DNA of 64,000 nt from NCBI GenBank assembly GCA_025060195.1, contig JANXCQ010000014.1, forward strand, positions 13,829-77,828, in the 5' to 3' direction. The stretch's first letter is position 1. Each line of letters opens with the position of its first letter. Shown here in pieces: positions 57,293-64,000 of the stretch. The notes under the pieces are model-generated. The model saw only the letters and a list, made by a program, of their open reading frames with translations. It did no database searches and was not told the origin of the DNA. Source of the stretch: Gemmatales bacterium (lineage in GTDB: Bacteria > Planctomycetota > Planctomycetia > Gemmatales > HRBIN36). The position numbers and the translations under genes are program-made.

Positions 57293-57676
57293 CTACCCAG
57301 GCTGGGCGATTTGTCGCTGGTACTCGGCGTAACTGAGTAATCGGCTCCACTGGCCTTTCGGATCCGGACGAATTTTGATCAACCAGCCTGCCCCATAAGG
57401 ATCGCGGCTAATAATCTGCGGCTCAGCTACCACCGCTTGATTGACCTCCACCACTTCGCCGTCCACGGGAGCATATAAGTCGCTCACAGCCTTGATAGAT
57501 TCCACTTCGCCGAAACTGGCGCCCGCCTGCGTCCGCGCCCCGATACTGGGCAGCTCGATATAGACCAAATCGTTCAACAAATCGGCGGCATATTGAGTGA
57601 TCCCCACGGTTACCAGCCCGTTTTCTTCATACACCCATTCATGCGTTTCGGTATAGCGCAATTGCTCAGGATTCAT
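57293..57676 (-). CDS. gcvH: glycine cleavage system protein H
   Basis: YTETHEWV..., lipoyl-lysine motif GEVESIKAVSDLYAPVDGEVVEVN; 127 aa. Confidence 0.95.
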   Translation of the reverse strand: MNPEQLRYTETHEWVYEENGLVTVGITQYAADLLNDLVYIELPSIGARTQAGASFGEVESIKAVSDLYAPVDGEVVEVNQAVVAEPQIISRDPYGAGWLIKIRPDPKGQWSRLLSYAEYQRQIAQPG

Positions 57677-57802
57677 GCCTTGTCCTCAATCCGCCTGGCA
57701 CTGGGAAGTGCGTAGTTTTCTGACACCCGTCGGTCATGTCGTTCCGTTGCGGTAGCACCGCACAACAACGTCCTGCCTTGCGAAATAGTTTAAGCGCCAA
57801 GC

Positions 57803-58957
57803 TCACGAAGTTGAAGCGCGATTGGGTTTACGCCGCGAATAAAACGGTAATGTTACCACCTGCGCGGACTCACGATGTCCGCGAATATCCACTTCTACCG
57901 CAGTCCCCGGCACAGCGGATTCGGGCGCTACGTAAGCCATAGCGATGCTTTTCTGCAATGTCGGGGCGAACGTGCCACTCGTGATCCAACCCACGCACTT
58001 TCCTGCTTGCCAGACGCTGCACTGTTCACGTGCAATTCGTCGGCCGGCCAATTCGAGGCCGACCCGTTTCGGCCGGGTCGTATCACTTTGTTGTTGCAAC
58101 AAGCCGGCCCGACCGAGAAAATCCTTCGTCTGCCACTTGACGGCCCATTCCAGTCCCGCTTGCAACGGATCGATCTCCTCAGTCAGTTCGTGGCCATACA
58201 GAGGCATTCCGGCTTCGAGGCGCAACGTGTCGCGCGCTCCCAAGCCACACGGCACCGCACCCAGCGCCAGCAAATCGTTCCACAATAGCTGAGCCAGCTC
58301 CACAGGAACGACCCACTCCAAGCCGTCTTCACCGGTGTACCCCGTGCGGCTGATCAGAACCGTTTGGTCACGATAGACGACGTAACGGCCAAAATAATAG
58401 CGCAGGTCGCTCAATGTGGTCGCGAGTAAGCGTTCGCACATGGCCACCGCGTGGGGGCCTTGCACCGCAAGCATGGCTGTGATCAGCGTCGCATCGAACA
58501 GCGTTACCGCGCGAGTGCCGCGATGTTGCTGGAACCAGGCGACGATTTTCTCCCGATTCGCAGCATTGACCACCAGGAGATAGGGAAACGCCTGAACCAG
58601 AGGCTGCTCTGGCGTCGAAGGCGGGCCGGCCGCGGCAGCGGGTAAACGATACAGCAACACGTCGTCCTTGGTGCCACCGTGTTCGTTGCAAATCAGACCG
58701 TAGCGCACCTGGCCCACTTGCAGACTGGCAACGGAATTTGTGTACAACCATTCTAACAGTTCGGTTGAATCAGGCCCGGCTATGAACAGACGTCCCATAT
58801 GGCTAATATCGAAGACGCCAACCTGCTGGCGCACTGCGTGATGTTCCTCTACGATGCTCGTAAATTGCAACGGCATCTCCCAGCCAGCAAATGGAACCAT
58901 ACGCGCTTTCCGCGCCACGTGCAGTGCGTACAAAGGGGTGCGCAAAAGCTCGCTCAT
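57803..58957 (-). CDS. gcvT: glycine cleavage system aminomethyltransferase T
   Basis: LRTPLYALHVARKARMVPFAGWEMPLQF.SIVEEHHAVRQQVGVFDISHMGRL..., ...RDTLRLEAGMPLYGHEL; 384 aa. Confidence 0.95.
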   Translation of the reverse strand: MSELLRTPLYALHVARKARMVPFAGWEMPLQFTSIVEEHHAVRQQVGVFDISHMGRLFIAGPDSTELLEWLYTNSVASLQVGQVRYGLICNEHGGTKDDVLLYRLPAAAAGPPSTPEQPLVQAFPYLLVVNAANREKIVAWFQQHRGTRAVTLFDATLITAMLAVQGPHAVAMCERLLATTLSDLRYYFGRYVVYRDQTVLISRTGYTGEDGLEWVVPVELAQLLWNDLLALGAVPCGLGARDTLRLEAGMPLYGHELTEEIDPLQAGLEWAVKWQTKDFLGRAGLLQQQSDTTRPKRVGLELAGRRIAREQCSVWQAGKCVGWITSGTFAPTLQKSIAMAYVAPESAVPGTAVEVDIRGHRESAQVVTLPFYSRRKPNRASTS

Positions 58958-59313
58958 GCAGTTGACATACGGCCTGAGAATCGAGAATCAAGAGGCTGAG
59001 CCGCACCTTGATGCGACGCACCAATCATCTACCATCTACCCTGAGCCGCGACGAATGACGCCAACATAACGCCTTTTCGTCATGACGATGGTCATGTGGG
59101 AAGACGTCCTGAGCTTGTGCCGAATACATCGGCCCAAAAGCTGACGATCTGTATGTGAGTAAGTCCTGTCGGCAATCCCAATTAGCAGACCGATCGTGGG
59201 CACCAACACTTTCCTCGACACCGAAGCGCCGCTACTTAATGTCCGGAAGCGGGTTCCTTGGGTCCCTACAATGGCCTGGAAACCCACTGCTTCTTGGATA
59301 TTTTTTGTCCACG

Positions 59314-60018
59314 ATGCAGGTTGATCTCAATGCCGACGTCGCTGAGGGAACGGGAAACGAGCGGGAATTGTTACCGCTGGTCACGTCTGCCAACGTGGCG
59401 TGCGCGGCACACGCGGGCCTGCCGGCGGACATCTGGGAGACTCTGCAGCTGGCGAAACATTACGGCATCGTTGTCGGTGCGCATCCGGGCTATTTCGACC
59501 GCGAGCATTTCGGTCGCCGTGAACTGTCGTGGCAAGCAGAAAGCCTGCGTGCCGAGTTAGTGTACCAACTTGGTGGTTTGCAAGCGTTGGCTCAAGCCGT
59601 GGGCATTTCCGTGCGCTTTCTCAAACCTCATGGGGCGCTTTATAACCAGGCATGTCGCGAGGAGGCCTTGGCCGATTTGATTGCCCGTATAGCGGCGGAG
59701 ACCGGGTTAGCCCTCGTGGGACTTCCGAATTCCTGGCTCGAGCGCTGTGCAGTGTACTACGGTGTGCGGTTTGTCCGCGAGGGTTTTGCCGACCGTCGGT
59801 ACCAGCCAGATGGCTCTCTCGTGCCGCGCCATCGCTCCGACGCTTTCCTGGACGACCCGCACGAAGCTGCCGAGCAAGTGCTCCGCTTGATTCGGCAAGA
59901 CGCGGTAGAAACAGTCTGCGTCCACGGCGATCGGCCTCATGTGGTCGGTTTCACTCGCCAGTTGCGCGAAGCCTTGAGCCAGCGGGGGATCGCTCTGCGG
60001 CCGTGGACGACACCGTAG
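59314..60018 (+). CDS. pxpA: 5-oxoprolinase subunit PxpA (LamB/YcsF family)
   Basis: ATG 59314. MQVDLNADVAEGTGNERELLPLVTSANVACAAHAG....VGAHPGYFDREHFGRRE..., LKPHGALYN. The 53-aa upstream extension of the listed ORF has no family counterpart. Confidence 0.85.
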   Translation: MQVDLNADVAEGTGNERELLPLVTSANVACAAHAGLPADIWETLQLAKHYGIVVGAHPGYFDREHFGRRELSWQAESLRAELVYQLGGLQALAQAVGISVRFLKPHGALYNQACREEALADLIARIAAETGLALVGLPNSWLERCAVYYGVRFVREGFADRRYQPDGSLVPRHRSDAFLDDPHEAAEQVLRLIRQDAVETVCVHGDRPHVVGFTRQLREALSQRGIALRPWTTP

Positions 60019-60044
60019 GCATAATACTCTGACATTCTGAAATT

Positions 60045-60986
60045 ATGGCCTTTATTGTCGAAAGGCCCGGCACCTACGACCTGCTAGTGGATGCGGGCCG
60101 ATTGGGATGGCGCCACGTTGGCGTGCCTGTCAGTGGACCCGCCGATCACACTGCGTGGCTCTTGGCTAATGCGTTAGTTGGTAACCACCCTGAAAACGGC
60201 GTGGCCCTGGAGATTACATGGTCGGGCCCCGTGTTGCGAGCCACTGCGGATCATGCGTGTGCATTAGTCGGTGCCGAGTTTAGCCCGCGCGTGGCAGGGC
60301 GAAACGTGCCGGGCGCCAGTGTCTGGCATGTGCGTGCCGGCGATGTGATTGAAATCGGAACCTCCAGGAAGGGGCTGCGCGCCTATCTTGCCGTGGCCGG
60401 GGGATTTGAGTACGCTCCTTTGCTCGGTAGTCGCTCCGCCTTGCAGCCGCTGCGCAAGGGCGAGGTTTTGCTTTGCAAGCCGCAGATAGCGCGCCGACGG
60501 CGCTGGCTCGAACCGTTACCTCATGCGGCGAATTTCACCGCTGCGACCGCGGTGTTGCGCTTCCTGCCTGGCCCGTTTTGGCCCCAAGTGTCCGAGCAAG
60601 TGGCCGGACGAACCTGGACGGTGAGTGCCGAATCGAATCGCATGGGATTGCGGCTAATGGCCGATGTCGCCTGGGAACTGCCGCATGATTTACCTTCGGT
60701 GCCCGTCGGCATCGGTACAATCCAAGCGACTGCATCGGGGCAGCTGCTCATTTTGGGCGTGGATGGGCCGACTATCGGCGGCTATCCGCGAATCGGATAC
60801 GTCATCGAGGCCGACTGGGATCTTCTCGGTCAATTGCGCCCCCAGCAGAGTGTTCGATTCGTTGCTGTTTGCTTGGAGAAGGCTTATCAGGCTGCTCGTG
60901 CGTTACACGCGTGGCGCCATCAAGTTATCCTGAGACTATTGTGCACTGCGCAGTCGTCGCCGAATCTGTTTCGATCAACTGGCTGA
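60045..60986 (+). CDS. pxpC: 5-oxoprolinase subunit PxpC (biotin-independent carboxyltransferase-like, KipA/allophanate hydrolase subunit 2 family)
   Basis: FIVERPGTYDLLVDAGRLGWRHVGVPVSGPAD..A..LANALVGN....ALEIT, ..SNRMGLRL.., ..GTIQATASGQLLILGVDGPTIGGYPRIG.VI. Confidence 0.8.
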   Translation: MAFIVERPGTYDLLVDAGRLGWRHVGVPVSGPADHTAWLLANALVGNHPENGVALEITWSGPVLRATADHACALVGAEFSPRVAGRNVPGASVWHVRAGDVIEIGTSRKGLRAYLAVAGGFEYAPLLGSRSALQPLRKGEVLLCKPQIARRRRWLEPLPHAANFTAATAVLRFLPGPFWPQVSEQVAGRTWTVSAESNRMGLRLMADVAWELPHDLPSVPVGIGTIQATASGQLLILGVDGPTIGGYPRIGYVIEADWDLLGQLRPQQSVRFVAVCLEKAYQAARALHAWRHQVILRLLCTAQSSPNLFRSTG

Positions 60987-61670
60987 GCGTTCGGCCCTGG
61001 TATGCCCAACCATTAGCGTCACGAGGTTCGATAATAACGCGAGGCTTACGGCTAAATGAATGCCCACAACGCCGGCCACAAGCCAGGCGAAAATGTCTTG
61101 TAAGCCCGCCCAAGATTGAACCAAAATTACACCGCTCAGCAGGCCCGTTAGCAAGGCCAATGCTACCGCTACCGCGTTCAAGCGCCAGAACTGAGCGCGC
61201 CGTCGCGAGGCCCAGAAGCCCCCAAGCGCAGCACCGATAATTGGAATGCCGGCGCCTAACAAATAATGATCGTCCGTTGTCAACCATCGGTTGACGTCCA
61301 GAACGATAGTCGTCGCCAGTCCCACAGTCCAACCAAAGTCGGCACCTGCGTAGATGAAATCCCACTCCGTGTCGGTGGGCAAAAACGCTTGGTTATCGAG
61401 TGATAATCCTGGTCGAGTCGCAGCACGAATTTGACGAACTAACCAGGCGAAGCCTAATCCGGCGCAGAATCCCCCCAGAGCGCCGACAGCTAGCCAAGTC
61501 AAAATTACCAACCCTGAGCACGGTCGAGCAGCCACAGCTACAGCGCAAACGACCGCAGTGCTCGCGGTCAAGAGCACGGAGGCGACGGTCGTAAACACGT
61601 AATCAAGGTCTCCATGTCCATGAGGCAGTCTTGCCCTAAGGTCAGGAAGACAAGCCAGACCTCGCGGCAC
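60975..61670 (-). CDS. hypothetical polytopic membrane protein
   Basis: 5-6 predicted TM helices rich in G/A/L/V, with no recognisable family. The listed start (61670) is GTG and would overlap the upstream helicase gene by 103 nt. An alternative GTG at 61598 would still overlap the helicase gene by 31 nt. Confidence 0.5.
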   Translation of the reverse strand: MPRGLACLPDLRARLPHGHGDLDYVFTTVASVLLTASTAVVCAVAVAARPCSGLVILTWLAVGALGGFCAGLGFAWLVRQIRAATRPGLSLDNQAFLPTDTEWDFIYAGADFGWTVGLATTIVLDVNRWLTTDDHYLLGAGIPIIGAALGGFWASRRRAQFWRLNAVAVALALLTGLLSGVILVQSWAGLQDIFAWLVAGVVGIHLAVSLALLSNLVTLMVGHTRAERSAS

Positions 61671-64000
61671 CGTTGTCCCAAGGCCGTCTCAAGCGCACGA
61701 GCGTAGATTCCTAACTGCGGAGCATAACGATGTTGCGCTTCGCTTAGTTCCTCGACAGTCAAGTTATCGGTCTTGAAATCAACCAGAATCGGTCCATCTG
61801 CTCCGCTTTCCCAGAAGACCAAGTCCATGACGCCCTGGACTAAGACGCGTTCCTGACCAAGTTGTTCCCAAGCCATCTGCGTCAGGTCGCTCTCGAGGCG
61901 TTCGGCGAACATAGGCAATTCCTGGGCTGGTAGCATCAAGCTGAAGGGCAATTCGCGGACTACTTTTCGAGCCCTTACGATCCGTTGGCCCAAGGACCTG
62001 CGAAAGAAATTGGCCACAGCATGTAAGTCCACTGCCGAGGCCTCGCTTTCGCTAAAGATGCCTTGCTCGGTGAGTTCGGACAGTTGTCGCTGCAATTCCT
62101 CCAGGCTGTCTAAGCTGGCAGAGATAGTGAGGTGGCGAATTAACCGGTGGACGAGCTGTCCCCGCTCGACAGCGCTCCCTGCTGCCGGAGTGGTAGCGGA
62201 AACGTTCGCCGTAGACTCATGCTTGTTATCTAGCGTTGGACTTTCCCTTGGAAAGCTGGGTCGGGAAGTTAGGCTTAGGCCCCGTTGGCCCCGCGACCAA
62301 GGTGCGGTGTCCTCATCCCGTTCTAACCACAAGCGCAGGCGTGTCGGTGAGGTCTTTCCGGGCCAAACTGTCGCCCAGTGATGCGGATACTTCCAATGCA
62401 GGCGTTGCCAGAGTGTTGGGTTGAACCAATCATCGCGTGATAGCGCGCTGGAAGTCGTACCATCTGAGAGTGTTGAAGGCTCCTGCCCATCTTCGCGTGG
62501 CTCAGACGTGCTTCCGGCTGGGAAATCATGTATAACTGGATCTTGGCTTGATATTTCTTGGAGACGAAGTGCACGATAGCCATTTTGCGTCGCACGTCGA
62601 AAGACTGGAAGTAACCATTGCAGCGAGGAATGTATCTGATCCGCAGCGAGGTGAAATTTTTCATCGCTTTGCTCAGGACGACTCCGCGCCGACTTTCGGG
62701 GTTGAGTCCAACGGTTGTGGGTAGCGATGAGAACCAGGCGTTCGCGGGCTCGGGTCATAGCGACGTAGAGCAAGCGCAACTCTTCCGCAAGAAACTCCTT
62801 GCGTAACTCATGCTGGATGAAGCGGTAGAGTTCGGTCGGCCAACTATAAACTCCCCGCTCGTCCTGCACACGTGCACCGAGCAGACCGTCACGATGAAAA
62901 AGAAACCGTTGACGCAGCGACTCTTCATTGAATTCAGATCCCAGGTCGAGCACAAGCACGATGGGAAATTCCAGCCCTTTGCTTTGGTGAATCGACAGGA
63001 GGCGGACCACGTTCTCGGTTGGCGAAACCACGTTAGCCGGGCCAAAGTCTTGCTCTTGTTCGCGGAGCCGCTCGAGGTAATGCAGAAAACGTTCCAATTC
63101 GCCGCCGCGATTTCGTTCAAACTGCCTGGCTAAGTCGTGAAGCAAAATCAAATTGGCCGACCGTGCCGCTCCGTCGGGCAAGGCTTGCACAAACGCCAAA
63201 TAACCTGTTTCTCGATAAATGTCCCAAAGCAGCCGCGCTAGGGGTTGTCGCCGCGCTCGGGTGCGCCACGTCTCTAACTGGTCGAGGAAGGCCCGAATCT
63301 TCTCAGCCAGCCGATCCTCACCCTTTTGGTGCACATATTGATGCAAGGCCCAATAAAATGGCCCTTCCCGTTGTGCCAAGCGAATCTGGGCCAAGTCTGC
63401 AACTTCCAGACCGACCAGTGGCGAGCGTAGCACTGCGGCTAGGGGCACATCATCCAGGGGATTGCGCAGCAACTGCAACAAGGCAGTCATGTCGCGAATT
63501 TCAAGCGCTTGCCAGAAACCGCGCCGTAACTCCACATGCACAGGGATACCGCAACTGCGAAGTGTTTCAACGACATATTGTGCACGGCCTTGGACGGTGC
63601 GCATCAGGATGGCCACGTCTCGATATTCTGCAGGACGAAACGTCTTCGTGGCGGTATCCCAGACATGGAGCTTGCCAACCCACTGCTCGATCAGCCACGC
63701 TGCCAGACGGGCCTCGCGGGTTAAACGCTCCCACCTCGTCAGGGGCTGAGCCGAGCCTTCTCCCGACTCGCCTTGGTCGCTCAGGGTTTGGTCATGCTGT
63801 CCCGCGAACACGTAAAGGGTAACAGGTTCCTCTCGATTCGTCTCCAGGCCGTCGGCGTCGTAATGAGCGGCGCCAAACCTAAGTTGTACGTCCTCATCGT
63901 AGCGCAAGCCGAGGTCGCTGAATTGGCTGAGCTGGCTGAATATGATGTTGACTGCGTCCAGGATGGTACGTTGGCTGCGGAAGTTCACGGTTAAAGGTAC
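61568..64000 (-). CDS. AddA/RecB-like UvrD-family helicase with C-terminal PD-(D/E)XK nuclease domain, 5' half outside window
   Basis: The frame is open to nt 64000 (..VPLTVNFRSQRTILDAVN = helicase motif IV context). Later motifs are SIHQSKGLEFPIVLV and LLYVAMTRARERLVL. The nuclease is GVMDLVFWESGADGPILVDFKTD...QLGIYARAL. Confidence 0.85.
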   Translation of the reverse strand, partial: VPLTVNFRSQRTILDAVNIIFSQLSQFSDLGLRYDEDVQLRFGAAHYDADGLETNREEPVTLYVFAGQHDQTLSDQGESGEGSAQPLTRWERLTREARLAAWLIEQWVGKLHVWDTATKTFRPAEYRDVAILMRTVQGRAQYVVETLRSCGIPVHVELRRGFWQALEIRDMTALLQLLRNPLDDVPLAAVLRSPLVGLEVADLAQIRLAQREGPFYWALHQYVHQKGEDRLAEKIRAFLDQLETWRTRARRQPLARLLWDIYRETGYLAFVQALPDGAARSANLILLHDLARQFERNRGGELERFLHYLERLREQEQDFGPANVVSPTENVVRLLSIHQSKGLEFPIVLVLDLGSEFNEESLRQRFLFHRDGLLGARVQDERGVYSWPTELYRFIQHELRKEFLAEELRLLYVAMTRARERLVLIATHNRWTQPRKSARSRPEQSDEKFHLAADQIHSSLQWLLPVFRRATQNGYRALRLQEISSQDPVIHDFPAGSTSEPREDGQEPSTLSDGTTSSALSRDDWFNPTLWQRLHWKYPHHWATVWPGKTSPTRLRLWLERDEDTAPWSRGQRGLSLTSRPSFPRESPTLDNKHESTANVSATTPAAGSAVERGQLVHRLIRHLTISASLDSLEELQRQLSELTEQGIFSESEASAVDLHAVANFFRRSLGQRIVRARKVVRELPFSLMLPAQELPMFAERLESDLTQMAWEQLGQERVLVQGVMDLVFWESGADGPILVDFKTDNLTVEELSEAQHRYAPQLGIYARALETALGQRCREVWLVFLTLGQDCLMDMETLITCLRPSPPCS

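Noticed and set aside
58958-59313. Expected a glycine riboswitch in the gcvT leader (minus strand).
   Set aside because: I reverse-complemented the leader by hand. It has several CTCAGG strings but lacks the conserved GGAGAG...CACCGAAGGGGCAA cores of either aptamer. I see no support for a riboswitch; an Infernal scan with RF00504 would settle it.

Overview
This is a bacterial chromosomal segment, about 55% G+C inside genes by hand count. It is most consistent with Planctomycetota (inference). Supporting signs are a DUF1559 protein with a prepilin-type N-terminus, a 1,200-aa PVC-type heme-binding 'membrane-bound dehydrogenase'/HEAT/LamG/cytochrome c protein, HTH-receiver regulators, weak Shine-Dalgarno usage and long spacers. 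I can support about 48 protein genes and 3 tRNAs (Leu-CAG, Thr-CGT, Met-CAT). Recognisable genes: three tandem SPFH/band-7 paralogues, thrC, an ExbB/ExbD/ExbD module, proS, two hsp20, uvsE, a LarA-family gene, ruvC, an AOR-family oxidoreductase with an adjacent HK/RR pair, a Y-family polymerase + dnaE2 mutagenesis cassette, gcvT-gcvH, pxpA-pxpC and the 3' half of an AddA/RecB-like helicase-nuclease. I found no CRISPR array, transposase, integrase, restriction-modification or other recognisable defence island, so most of the window looks like ordinary core genome. The leads I rank highest: (1) three copies of a 22-bp palindrome ATAGTGTA-N6-TACACTAT in front of the Y-family/dnaE2 cassette, which has the E. 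coli LexA-box architecture with one changed base per half-site; (2) a 2.4-kb ORF-poor, AT-shifted island between thrC and exbB; (3) a short minus-strand ORF after the AOR gene carrying two in-frame copies of a decapeptide whose DNA differences are mostly synonymous, upstream of an SGNH-fold/ATP-grasp gene pair; (4) an unlisted 29-codon, extremely basic ORF resembling ribosomal protein bS22; (5) an orphan intrinsic terminator with no annotated gene in front of it. All coordinates for small features were counted by hand, and all family calls rest on remembered motifs rather than database searches.
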